Below are positions 11,602-25,047 of a DNA stretch of 64,000 bases, in pieces. A program made the position numbers and the translations under genes. Where the stretch lies: positions 97,712,001-97,776,000 of the forward strand of contig OX597818.1 of NCBI GenBank assembly GCA_951406725.2. Direction: 5' to 3'. Below the pieces are notes generated by a model. That model did not search any database. It saw nothing but the letters and a program-made list of their open reading frames with translations, and was not told where the DNA came from. The stretch comes from Octopus vulgaris (lineage: Eukaryota). Within the stretch, counting starts at the first letter, position 1. Each line of letters begins with the position of its first letter.

Positions 11602-11603
<2 letters not shown>
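11424..11603 (-). mobile_element. SINE family B variant within (AAT)n
   Basis: ggaatttgaactcagaacg...ttctgccagctcgccgcctt. Confidence 0.85.
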
Positions 11604-11653
<50 letters not shown>

Positions 11654-11747
11654 TAATAATAATAATAATAACAACCACGTTAGTAACAATAAACGTATCA
11701 ATAGTAACAATAATTACAACACCAACGATACCACCACCACCACCACC

Positions 11748-11803
<56 letters not shown>

Positions 11804-12039
11804 TGATGATGATGATGATGATAAATAAATAAATAACAAAGAATATGAATAAAACAAAAAAAAAAACGATTAGTAAACAAAATGGTTGTGTGCCGTGTAA
11901 TGACAAAAGAATAATTATTCTCTTCTACTTTGGTGCAGATGTTAAACGTTTCTTAACATTCAATCATTTTCAAATTTTCTTCTCTTCATATTTTAATAGT
12001 TAAACGTTCTCCAGAGGATTTTTTCTTTTCTTACTTCAT

Positions 12040-12058
12040 CATTATAATCAGCAACAAC

Positions 12059-12092
<34 letters not shown>

Positions 12093-12327
12093 CAACAGCA
12101 CTCCACAACGATGACGACCACTACACTACCTGCTATCATCGTTGTGACCATCGTAGTCGCCATCATCATCATGTAGTCGGTGTCGTCGTCATCGTTGTCG
12201 CATTTGCCTCATTGTCTTCGTCGTCGTCCTCCTCCTCTTCCTCCTCCTCTTCCTCATCATCACTGTCATTGTTGTCAATCACGTCATCGACATCATTATT
12301 AACATCATCTTACTAGTTCCTCCTCCA

Positions 12328-12358
<31 letters not shown>

Positions 12359-12405
12359 ATCATCATCATCATCATCACCAGCATCATAATCTTTATCATC
12401 ATCGC
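12040..12405. repeat. Compound triplet repeat region (CAG, CTC, CAT, GTC)
   Basis: Direct reading. Confidence 0.8.
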
Positions 12406-12561
12406 ACGTTTAATTACCATTGCATTTAATAAAACCACCTTCGAGGCGACCTCTTGAAAAAGAGCACGTTGCATAATGTGATCTTAGGCTCTCGACATAT
12501 AAAAAAAAGGCCAGATGCATATATACATATATGTGCGTGTATGCTTAATACGCGAGTGTAG

Positions 12562-12593
<32 letters not shown>

Positions 12594-12841
12594 TGTATGT
12601 ATGTATATACGCTAGGTTCGGGTGGTAAGAAGGATGCTGAGTGTAAGGTGGCTCTTCAAAGATCTTTAAGTGAATTAAAGGTGGGAAAATATTTCTTGCG
12701 TAGAATCAGTTGCGTGTTGAAGTTGCGAAGTTAGAGTAGAAAGGGGTTCAATCGGTGGAATGAGAGTAGATGGGAAAAATAAAGGAAAAGTAAACTAAGG
12801 GTCGACTCGAGGTGCAGGGTACAAAAATGTGTTCTTTTTTT

Positions 12842-12873
<32 letters not shown>

Positions 12874-13487
12874 AGACAAAGAAAGACGGGTTGGTTTAGT
12901 AAGATGACATCAAGAGGGGAAATAACAATATGGATGTTCAACTGACATGGATTGAGGTAATTTCTGTAACGGAGGTGGTGATGGTCATGTTTATGGTGAC
13001 ATGAGGGAAGATTACTTAATCAGATGGACGGTGAGGAACTATTGAAAATTGTATGGTGGTTTGGCTTCAACTGCCGAGGCGTTAGGCATTTGTAGACTTG
13101 ATGGAGCCCATCCCTCTCCAGATCGGACCACAACCAATTTCTTCTGAAGAGAGAAGAAGAATCGATACCAGTAATTGATCAAATGGGACTTTATTTATTC
13201 ACCATGAAAGGACGAAAAATAAATTTGATGTTGTGTGATTTGAACTCAGAGCATATAGTGCCGAAAAGAGTTCGGTAATGCAATGGTCCCCAACCCGCTT
13301 CTTTTTTTGCATTACTGGCCAGTCTTGAGTAAACCAGTGAGACAATTTTTCTGCAGACCGGGATATCATGCAGTATGAACATTTAATGTGGTTTTAGAGT
13401 CAAGATTTGGCTGCTATTTCCAACGTGGTGGTATCTCTTAGATACCCTAAATTATAATTGTAATAATAATTATATATATATATATAT

Positions 13488-13642
13488 AAATTAGAAAAAA
13501 AACACCATTTATCAATTCAATAATGAAAAATTAAATTATACCATTTAGAAAAAATACATATTATAGAAAGATTAAATATAAGATAAAACATATAACAATG
13601 ATTAAGTAATGTGCAAAATAAAAGGTGTTTTTTTTCTAATTT
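13488..13642. repeat. Short AT-rich element with about 22-bp inverted ends in (TA)n
   Basis: aaattagaaaaaaaacacc ... ggtgttttttttctaattt. Confidence 0.55.
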
Positions 13643-13762
13643 ATATATATATATATATATATTAGATTTTGTGAAATTTGATTTAGTATTTCGAAATTGA
13701 ATTTTTCCTTGTAAATTTGGAATATTTCCTCATATTATTATTATTATTGTTATATATGTATG

Positions 13763-13848
<86 letters not shown>

Positions 13849-14598
13849 TTGCATTTTGTGTGGAGGAGATTAGTCAATTACATCGACCCCAGTATTTGTC
13901 TTGACACTTTATTATAATTTTTACCCGCAACCCCGCCCCGAAAGGATGAAAAGCAAAGTTGACCTCGGTTGGATTTGAACTCAAAATGTAAATAATCGGA
14001 AAGAGATACCGCTGTAACCATTCTGCCAAACCAACGCTCTTTAACAATATTTTCTATTACAGGCACGAGGCCTGACATTTTGGAGGGTATTAGTGATGGT
14101 GGTGGTGGTAAGGGGGGGGCTAGTTGACTCATCGACGCCAGTACTTGAATAGTACTCTACTTTATCGAACCTGTAAGGGATGGAAGGAGGAGGAAGAGGA
14201 GAAGGAGGAGGAGGAGGAGGGGAAGCGGAAGATGTGGTTAGCCATATTAAAATAATACAAAGCTAAGTGATTATGATATAATATGATAGATATCAAAGCA
14301 GAAACCGCAGAAAAATTACAAACTAATAAATAAACAAGTAGATAAAAGGAGAAGAGGGGAGGGGGAGAAAATGATAAGAGTATATTGTAAACTTGAACAT
14401 AATGAAGCTCTTGAAGGCAAAAATTTCTACCAGAAGCAAACTAATTAACTTCACCAATAATAAGCTTAGCTTTATATTGGCGAAATTAGGGAGAAAGAAG
14501 AAGAAGGCAGATTTAGCTTTGGGTTCCTTTGAAATAATTCTGCCGCGAAGAAAATTAACTGATATTTCGCAATCGATTACAAAAGCTACGGTTGGGTC

Positions 14599-14665
<67 letters not shown>

Positions 14666-14889
14666 TACATACATACACACACACATACACACACATATAT
14701 ATATATACATATATATACACACACTTATATTTATGTACATACATACATATATATATACACAGACACAAAACTATATATATATATATGTATACACAAATAC
14801 ATATGCATATATATACACACACATACATATGTGTATGTATATATGAGGATATGAGTATATGTACGTACCTCTGACACTCTTTCTGTCTC

Positions 14890-14967
<78 letters not shown>

Positions 14968-15643
14968 TACACACACACATATATATATACATGTATATTT
15001 ATATACTATATCTATATCTATCTATATACATACACGCACACTTACACACGCACATATAAATATCACGTACACACACACGCTCAAAGCCTATATACATATA
15101 CACACAACAGAAGTAATAACAAACCTGCAGTCGACAAATGAAAAACAATAATAAAACAATGATAATATTATTACAAAACAACAAAAAAAAAAACAAAGAC
15201 GTAAACAAATAAACACACAAATAAACAAATAAATGAATAAAGATGGAAAGAAAAAGAGAGGAAAAAGAAAGGAAAAACGGTGAAATGTCTTCAGCGATTT
15301 CAAAGATAGTTTAATCATGTTGAGGTGGAAGAATTTTGAGCTAAATTGTTGATCGTCGCCGATAATTGCAATTGGGTGGTTTCGTTGTGTCATCTGCTTC
15401 CCGCGTTGTCTAATAAACGCTAATCCGCTATCACTGCAATTCCAAACTAACTCCATGTGATATATATGTCTGTCTGTCTGTCTGTCTGCTTGTCTATCTG
15501 CCTGCCTGCTTGCCTGCCTGCCTTCTGCCTGTCTGTCTGTCTGTATGTATGTATGTCTGTATGTATGCATGTATGTATGTATATGTACGTACGTGTGTGC
15601 GTATGCATGTATAGATGATTGAGACTAGGTATGTATGTATGTA

Positions 15644-15692
<49 letters not shown>

Positions 15693-15713
15693 ATATATAT
15701 GTATATGCGTATG

Positions 15714-15759
<46 letters not shown>

Positions 15760-15906
15760 AACATGTTCATATACACGCGTATATATAGGTATATATGTAT
15801 ATATATGTATACACACATACATATATATATATATTATATCTATATCTATCTATCTATCTATCTATATATATATATATATACGCACACACATATACGTATA
15901 TATATG

Positions 15907-15976
<70 letters not shown>

Positions 15977-16065
15977 TATACATACATATCTATATGTGTA
16001 TATATACGTATGTGTGTATGTATGTATTATAAAGATAGGTAGATAGATAGATAAATAGATAGATA

Positions 16066-16265
16066 TGACAGGTTTCAAATTCGCCCACAAGTCATCAGTC
16101 AGCCCGGCGCTATGGTAGAAGACACTTGCCCAAAGTGCCGCGTAGTGGTACAAGGCCCAAACATATGAATGACAATACCAAGTCACTCAATCTCTCTCAT
16201 AAAACATATATATATATATATATATACACACACACGCACACATACATACGCATATACATATATAT

Positions 16266-16312
<47 letters not shown>

Positions 16313-16470
16313 TATACATATATACACACTTAGTCTCAATCAACTATACATGCATACGCACACACACGTACGTTCATATACATACATACATACATGCATA
16401 CAGATAGACAGACAGACAGACAGACATTGGCTGCAAAGCAAATCTTCTTAACCATACAGCCACTCCCGCT
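16066..16470 (-). mobile_element. Diverged SINE A-type copy split by a templated insertion (16159-16426)
   Basis: gaagacacttgcccaaagtgccgc on the left resumes as tggctgcaaagcaaatcttcttaaccatacagccactcc on the right. Confidence 0.75.
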
Positions 16471-16715
16471 TTGTAACACGTCATCTAGCAAAGATAAGCG
16501 GGAATGTAAGAAACCAAGATGGGTTAACCCAAGCTGGCACTTAATGGGTGCTGGGGGTACTCGAGTAGGATTTGCGTAAGAAACCCGATTGAAAAGAGTA
16601 AGCTTTTGAATATCAGGAAACAACATCGTTTAAAGGATTCTTTCGTTTTAAAGTCGATTGGGTGTTTTATGAGAGAGACTAAGTGACTTGATATTGTCAT
16701 TCATATGTTTACAGT

Positions 16716-17010
16716 GAAGCTGCATGGCCTAATGGTAAGGCTGTTGTACTCACGATCGCAAAATCGGGATTTCGATTTCCAGACCGGCAGTGCATTGTGT
16801 TCTTGAGCAAATCACTTCATTTTACGTTGCGGTCTCCCATCCACTCAGTTCTAAATGAGGGAACCCAGCAACGGACTGAAATTCTGTCCAGGGGAATGTT
16901 GGCCTGTTCACCTAACCAGCGAGTTGACATCATTTCCAAGCTACACCGATGCGAGGAAGTACATTGTGACCAGCCGTGTATAACAGCTTCTGATAATCTG
17001 GTCGATGGAA
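16716..17010 (+). mobile_element. Old tRNA-derived SINE with CORE-like body and C2-type tail
   Basis: tggcctaatggtaag head, gtgttcttgagcaaatcactt body, cattgtgaccagc..ctgata.tctggtcg tail. Confidence 0.7.
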
Positions 17011-18447
17011 TGTTAAAAACTACTTTTGTTTCTAATCTTCTTGAGATCATTAGCGAATTTTAGGACGTCGTGTGAACATATAAGACCATGCTTTAAACCA
17101 ATGGGGAAATCATAAATACCTAGGGACAGGACTAAGCTATGCTAGTGTACATTTTTATACCATTAACCTTTGTCGTCTGCTATAGGTAGTCTTCGTATCT
17201 ATGTCTTGAAACTTCCTCTCCAGAGCGCAGGCCTGAGCAAGTGTGTGTGTGTGTGTCAGTGTGTGCATAATACCAGCAGTTGTTCATATATGCAAGTCTT
17301 CCTTCTCTTCGCTACTGATTTTGCTTTGAGACCGATACAATTTGGGCCTTTTTGATGCAGAGAACCAGAGCATAACACTGAAAGCATCTAGTCCGATGCT
17401 CCACCAATTCCGCCTGTTCATCAGTAATTATAGTACTTATTTTATTAGGCTTGATGAGATGACTAAGATAACTACATGTGTTGATCGAATAGATTATACT
17501 TCACAAATGAATTATTAATTATTAATTATTAATTATGGTGTTGCTTTTGTCGTTCAAGGGAAAATGATACGAACCATAGGGATATATTATATAAGATATT
17601 ATACAATATGCTTATACTATACCGTTCACTTTTCAATGTTTCCAACAGCAATTAACAACCTAAATCAACTTCTTTTATCTTACAGATCTTAAAGTACGGC
17701 AATAATTTTATAGCAAAGCAATCATCCAGGTTCACATGATGAATCTATTTTTAACATAGACAAAACGTCTTAAATTTAGAGGAAGTATATAGTCGGGTTC
17801 ATTGACCTCAGTATTTCGCAGGTACTTTATTTGATGTATCGTGAAAGGCAGAATTGACCAGGGTAATATATACTGACTTCAGAAGTATTTGAAATAGAAG
17901 CGTAGAATTTTTTTTTTCTACAATGAGCACAAGCCTTGAAATTTGGGATGGCGTGGGGAGGACCAGTCGACTACATTAACCCCAGTGCTCAGATGATATC
18001 TATTTTATCGACCCCAAAAAGATGAGATGCAAAGTCAACCTAAGCGGTTTTTGAACTTAGAACATTCAACTTAGGCGCAAAATTATATTTATAGATAAAA
18101 CTATAAAGAAGACAATCGTGTAAAATTACGCCTACGTTCTGGACAGTGGCACAGTGATACTGGTTGCCCAATAGATATGATTCTAACAATTTCTTTTATT
18201 TTTTAATCAGAGGGAAGGTAATGCTCATGACCTGGTACAAGGCCTCTAAGCCTGATGCTAGTGAGAGGAAATAAGGAAGGTATCCTCAAATCAGAAACCG
18301 GACCCGAATATTTGCAACATAGAAGACACCACTAAAGGCAATGAAATTGCCAGGTGGTAGTGTTAACCGGACGATGGTTGAAATCTGCCACTAAAGTTGG
18401 CCTTGGCGTGTTTTGAACTCAGAACGCAGAAAGCTCGAGCAAATGCT

Positions 18448-18857
18448 TATTTCTTTACTACCCACAAGGGGCTACACACAGAGAGGACAAACAAGGACAG
18501 ACAAACGGATTAAGTCGATTTTATCGACCCCGGTGCGTAACTGGTACTTATTTAATTGACCCCGAAAGGATGAAAGGCAAAGTCGACCTTGGCGGAATTT
18601 GAACTCAGAACGTAGCGGCAGGCGAAATACCTATTTCTTTACTACACACAAGGGGCTACACACAGAGAGGACAAACAAGGACAGACAAACGGATTAAGTC
18701 GATTATATCGACCCCAGTGCGTAACTGGTACTTATTTAATCGACCCCGAAAGGATGAAAGGCAAAGTCGACCTCTGCGGAATTTGAACTCAGAACGTAAC
18801 GGCAGACGAAATACCGCTAAGCGTTTCGCCCGGCGTGCTAGCTTTTCTGCCAGCTCG
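18448..18857 (-). mobile_element. Dimeric SINE family B
   Basis: Full monomer followed by a second monomer starting at ggtatttcg; agctcgagcaaat(g/a)ct repeated at both ends. Confidence 0.9.
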
Positions 18858-19358
18858 AGCAAATACTGAAAGGCACCTTGTCCAGTGTTCTTACACTTCA
18901 GTCAATCGACCGCCTTGGATTGATGTTATTTTTTATCAACACCGAAAAGATGAAAGGCAAAATTTATCTCGGTGAGATTTGAACGCAAAGAATCAGGACA
19001 AATACCGTGAGGCACTCGGTGTCATGTTCTAATCGCTCAACGAATTCATTGTCTAAACCAAATTGCAATCAAAGTCGTTTCACAAAGCAGAAACATTCTC
19101 TCCCTCTAGACTGGAATGGGTTGGTGAAAGCATCTCTGAAGAAGCGTTAGGTTTTATTGTCATCGTTTGGAAATTTCCTTTAGCTTCTCTGTTATTATCT
19201 ACCATATTATCTTGTTAATAGATTATCTTCTCTTGTGTTTCTTTACTCACGCTTTTCGGTCGTGGGATTGGGGATAAGGCGTATAGATTCAAAGTTAGTG
19301 GAACGAAAACATTCAGACGACACATATTTAATGCGTAGAGAAAACAAAATTATAGTTT

Positions 19359-19399
<41 letters not shown>

Positions 19400-19536
19400 G
19401 TTATTATTGTTGTTGTTGTTGTTGTTGTTATCATCCTTATTACTATTATTATTGGTGTTATTATTATTATTATTATTATTGTTGTTGTTGTTGTTATTAT
19501 TATTATTATCATCATTATTACTATTATTATTGGTCG

Positions 19537-19596
<60 letters not shown>

Positions 19597-19629
19597 CATC
19601 ATCATCATCATTATTACTATTATTATTGG

Positions 19630-19695
<66 letters not shown>

Positions 19696-19724
19696 TATCA
19701 TCATCATCACCATCATTATTATTA

Positions 19725-19791
<67 letters not shown>

Positions 19792-19792
19792 C
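19359..19792. repeat. Long compound (ATT)n microsatellite
   Basis: Direct reading. Confidence 0.95.
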
Positions 19793-20270
19793 AAAGGAGC
19801 AATAGCTTGCTGATAAGCAGCTTGATTCTCAGCTTTGAAATGATGAATCCCACCGTATTTTGCTGAGCTCTTGGCAAAATACATATCTCTACTTATCTAG
19901 CGTTTCGTCTCTAATTAATATCACTCCAGCTTCATTTTATTTTCATCTTCATTTAATTCATCACTATCTTATGTGTCGTTTGACTAGACTGTGTGGTTGG
20001 AATAGCCCGTGTATCATTTCACTAGCCTGTCTATTGCCTCGTCAACCTATGTATTGTAGCCTATATGTGTATAGTATATTAGCCAACGTGTCTACACCAC
20101 CTGTCTTCGTCTTTTGTTTTTCCTTTGTGAATTCTCCTCCTAAAGATAAAACTTACTTGGAAGAGGATGCGTTGCGTTCAATCATATAATAATATATAGA
20201 TATATAGATCTTTAGCCACTACACACATTTTTTTCTCTCCTTGTTTCTCTCTTTGTTCTTTTCTGTGTCC

Positions 20271-20306
20271 CTTTCTGTAGAAGAGCGTAGGCTCGAAACG
20301 TAAAAG
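20271..20306 (+). ncRNA. Minimal type I hammerhead-ribozyme-like motif
   Basis: cttt-CTGtAGA-a-gagc(gtag)gctc-GAAA-cg-TA-aaag: stems I and II pair, with one core substitution. Confidence 0.55.
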
Positions 20307-20472
20307 ACTTTTACTATTCCTGAGCGTTTTACTAATACATCTGTTTGTTTTGTACACCACCTGTCTTTGTCTTTTGTTTTTTTCGTAAACTCTCCCTATA
20401 TATATATATTTATATATATATATACATACGTATATGTACATACTTACGTCTATAAGTATATATATATATGCA

Positions 20473-20522
<50 letters not shown>

Positions 20523-20523
20523 T

Positions 20524-21096
20524 ATGTGGGCACAGGACGTCACGTAACGTGTACAACAAAAAAAATAAGAAGCCCGAGTACATGGAACATGAACTATTCT
20601 TTCGAACAATGAAAGACAAATGGAAATAAAACAAACAACATAAAGAACAACCCTTTATCAATTGTTGGCCGTTTTTCTACTATCGTATTTCGAGTATTTA
20701 ACAATAATATACGCTTTCAATAAAGCAGTTGCTCCCGCAAAGCAAATTAAATAAAATTTGGGATTTTGCGGAGGGTCAAAGTTGGTAAAACAAACAGGTT
20801 GGGCTGCTAAGCCTAAATGAGGTTGTGGTGGCGAACGCGTAAATCAAGCGTGGACAGGAGACAAACAAGAACACATCTTCCTTGTTCCAGCTACAACGAA
20901 GAGAATGAAAGAAACACAAGTTAGGAGAAGAAAGAAAGATGGCCGATGGTCACGTGAGCAAGGGAGGAGGAGTGAGGTAGAGAGAATGACAGAGTAATAG
21001 GATAGAAAAGTGGGAGAAGGTAAAAGAAAGAGCGAGAAAGAGAGAAAAATGAAAGAGCGAAAAGATCGTATAGAGGATGCGTATGATTGAACGCCA

Positions 21097-21098
<2 letters not shown>
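20524..21098 (-). mobile_element. (TA)n-embedded repeat family, probably Penelope-derived
   Basis: Shares the tgggYacaggac edge and A-rich body with 46311-46448 and 59896-60067, which carry CTGANGAAGG on the minus strand. Confidence 0.45.
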
Positions 21099-21145
<47 letters not shown>

Positions 21146-21451
21146 CATTGGCACACGAAGTACGGTAATTGCTAGCAATAGCAGCCGGGTAAGCTTTCGG
21201 CGCTATGTAGAGCTTCGATGAATATTTACAGGCAGAGGTGTGTGCGGGTGGTGAATACAGACAAACTTGGCCTTACCTCTACGGAGACCGTTAGAGGAAT
21301 AAACGACAGCTCAAAAGTGCAGTTTCAAACTCTTCAGATCACATGCGTGAGCGCGAATCTGATTGGTTTTCATCAGTTGAGTCTGTTATGGAAAATGAAA
21401 TTTTTAAATATTCACTACATCTCTGCCTGTTTGAGATGTGTGCGGGCGGCG

Positions 21452-22282
21452 AAATTTTTTTCCACGAGAGTTCCCTACCCCATTAATGAACTCATTTACA
21501 TACAGCCAATCAGTGCTCACCTTGACCTTGTTGTCAAATCAACAAACACATTCTACCTAGTAAACTCAAGACGACGAACGGTGTTGTAAGTCGACCGATC
21601 ACCAAGTTTTTACTTGATTTTAGAAGGAGACAAGTAATTAGATAGATTTGCATCTATACATATTATCGGATTTTGTTCGGGCCCCCATATGGTAAAGATG
21701 TGGATGAGAAAAAATGTGGGTAGAGGGTGATGTGCTAGCAACCCCTTTCTGTTTTACAAAGTAAACAACAACACAAATAGCTATGAAGAGCTAGCCATGG
21801 TTGAACCAAGAACAAGAACAAGCATTATTAAAAAAGAAAAGAAGTATGACATTCCTTAACCAAGTGACCTTACCTTATCGCTTGACTGGGTGAAAATGAT
21901 CAAATTTAAACTTCTATAACTTTTTAAAAGCATTTTACTGGGAAAAAATTAAGTAACTCCAGCAATTCAGTTTGGGCAAGTGTACTATTGTGCCAACGCT
22001 GGAGTAACTAGTGAACATCGAAGGATCAACACCAAGAAGGAAGAAATATTTACCTATATTTATTCGTTCGCTTGACAGGTTGTTAGAGACAGTAGTACTT
22101 GTAGTGATAGCGAAATTATTTTTCGATAGAGACGAAAAGGTTGTTGTCTGCCAGTAGAGAGGAAAAGAGTAAGGAATGCACGGGGTTGACTAGACAGAGA
22201 GGATAAAGGTGGCTCTGCTCTGATTGGCTGTATGCAAATGAGTTTATTACTGAGGTCCGGAACTCTCGTGGGAAAAAGTTTT
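21452..22282. repeat. Inverted pair of a CCAAT/octamer-containing module (21452-21545 and 22185-22282)
   Basis: ccacgagagttcc..aactcattt(a/g)catacagccaatcag present on opposite strands. Confidence 0.75.
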
Positions 22283-22557
22283 GCGTCCTGTTCGGTCACT
22301 TGTACGCCATAGAGAAAGGCTCAAGTTCCGGTCTTATGGTTCTTAGGGATCATAACTGACCTAGGGTGTATGTGCCCATAGGCATAAAAGTTTTTTGTAC
22401 GAAAGAGAGAAGAGAGAGGGAAAGAGAGAGAGCAAGAAAGAAAGACAGACAAATCGAAGAATCGAACTCAAATAATGGATTGATACGTTATTTGATACTT
22501 ATTTAATCAATAGTAAACTATTAAAACTAACTGGTAAATTTTTTATGTCCGCCCTCC

Positions 22558-22661
<104 letters not shown>

Positions 22662-23339
22662 GTATATATATATGCATGTGTGTGTGTGTATGCTTTAAGC
22701 ATCAGGAATGTAAACAGAGAAACTCAGAAAGAAAAAGGGATCTGTTGCAGTATTAAGTGGAACTTTATCGAGCACCAAAAGAGAGAAAGTAAAACTTGCC
22801 TCAGCAGAATTTGAACTCAGAGATCAGAGAACCGAAAGACATACCGCAAGATATTTTATCCTGCGCGCTATCGACTCCTTTCATGCACACACACACACAC
22901 ACACACACGCACGCGCACGTACACCTACACATGCATACATACATGTACGTACATATGCATATACATGCATACCCACACATACTTATAAAGAAGCATCAGA
23001 TAAACTGATGAACTGGCAAAGTTAAAAGAAACTGGTTCTCTTTATTTTATATATTTTATTTCTGTGTTTTATTTATTTATTTATTTATTTATTATTAGTT
23101 AGCTAATTAATTATTTTATTTATTCATTTATTCATTTTCAGACAATTGGGCCCTTACAATCAAAGTATCTCGCATTGCCCCCTTTAGGGGACTGAAGCAA
23201 TTAGTCGCAAAGTCACATGACATCAAATCTCTTACTAATCATTGTTATTTTGCTAAAAGAGTCTTATTAAAAACAACGTGATTCAAGCTGCAAGTCTTGA
23301 GGAACCCGAGGCACCAATTTCCAAATCGTATGATAGGAG

Positions 23340-23760
23340 CATACGTGATAGTGGCGGTGATTGTACTGGCTTCTGTGGTAGTGGCGGTGGTTGCACTGAC
23401 TGCTGTGGTAGTGGTGGTAGCGTTGGTAATTTTGTTAGTAAGTGTATGGTTTGTGTTAAATGTAGAAACAGTAATAATTGCAGTGTTAGTGATATTGGTG
23501 GTAGAGGAGGTTGTGGTGGTTGGGATTGTAGTAGTAGTATTCGTAACAGCTGTTGTTGTAGTCTATTGTAGGTGGTTGAGATGGTGGTGGTGGTGGTGGC
23601 GGTAGTAGCAGGGATGCTGATGGTTGTGATGATGGTTGTGGTGATAGAGGTAGTTGTCGATATGGGTGTGTGGGTGGAGGTAGTAGTGGTGGTGGCGGTG
23701 GTGGTGGTGGTGATAAAGATAGAAGTACCAGAGATGACAATAATGATAGTAACATTGATG
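23340..23760. repeat. GTG/GTA-rich low-complexity tract
   Basis: Direct reading. Confidence 0.75.
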
Positions 23761-23770
23761 AGTCAGTGAA

Positions 23771-23807
<37 letters not shown>

Positions 23808-24014
23808 TAGAGAGAGAGACAGAGAAAGAGAAACAGAAAGAGAGGCACAGAGAGAAGTGCATGCATCACTCTCAGTAGTTGCACATGCACATTTGAGGGA
23901 CGAAAGCGGCTGACATACATACATACATACATAATACATACACATATAATACATACATACGTACATACATACATACATACATACATACATACATACATAC
24001 ATACATACATACAT

Positions 24015-24803
24015 AGACCTGACACAGTGATTTGAGCCAGAGAAGAGAAATTCCGTACAGCTGTGGAAATCAGTTGCCCAGCGAATGTTAACATAAATCT
24101 AAAGATCAGCAGAAAAGAAAATACCTACGCTGAACTCTTTTACTTGTTTCAGTCATTTGACTGTAACCATGCTGGAACATCGCCTTTAGTCGAGCAAATC
24201 GACCCTAGGACTTATTCTATCGGACTCTTTAGCCGAACTGCTAAGTTACGGGGACGTAAGCATACCACCATCGGTTGTCAAACGATGTTGGGGGGACAAA
24301 CACAGACACACACACACACTGAGACACATACACACACACACTTAGACACATACACACACACACTGAGACACGCACACACACACATATATATATATATACG
24401 ACGGGTTTCTTTCAGTTTCCGTCTACCGAATTCACTCACAAGGCTTTGGTCGGCCCGTTGTTATACTAGAAGACACTTGTCCAAGGTGCCACGTAGTGGG
24501 ACTGAAACTGGAACCATGTGGTTCATAAGCAAGCTACTTACCACACAGCCATTCCTACGCCTATTGAGAAATCTAGAGTTACTCTACCCGGATTACAAGT
24601 TTAGGCTTACATCTGTAATTATTGGGGTACTGGGATATGTAACACTGTCTAAGTACCAACCTTGTGAAATTAGGCTTCTCAAAACCAGAAAAGAGAAAGC
24701 TAATTCTAAGTCTCCAGATTCAAGCCATCGTTGGAAGAAGCCTTAGATCTAGATTAGAAAGTGGTTCTTTCTCTATTGGCAAGAAATTTTGAAATAAAAT
24801 AAT
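24015..24803 (+). mobile_element. R4/Dong-like non-LTR fragment (restriction-like endonuclease and 3' UTR), interrupted by a SINE
   Basis: RPDTVI..VEISCPANVNINLKISRKENTYAEL / LRNLELLYPDYKFRLTSVIIGVLG is a PD-(D/E)xK RLE signature; (CATA)n on both sides. Confidence 0.75.
24136..24563 (-). mobile_element. SINE family A nested in the R4/Dong fragment
   Basis: Full family A body; host reading frame continues on both sides. Confidence 0.9.
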
Positions 24804-24859
24804 CACATACATACATACATACATACATACATACATACATACATACATACATACGTACA

Positions 24860-24893
<34 letters not shown>

Positions 24894-24898
24894 CATAC

Positions 24899-25047
24899 TG
24901 TTATGTCGCACGTTCGGATGCCTCTACTACTCAACTCTACACCACTTTACTCTGTTCTGGTCTACTTCACTCTGACGTCTAGGCTTCTCCATCTATATCT
25001 ACGTATTATGCTAGCCTACTTCATTGTCTGGGGGCGTCCGCACAACA
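24899..25047. mobile_element. Possible miniature solo LTR
   Basis: TGTTATG...CACAACA ends with catac on both sides, although inside (CATA)n. Confidence 0.3.

Noticed and set aside
19235-19884. Poly-I/Y/L ORFs
   Set aside because: (ATT)n artefacts.
23297-23769. Val-rich membrane-like and Cys/Gly-rich ORFs
   Set aside because: Degenerate GTG/GTA triplet low complexity.
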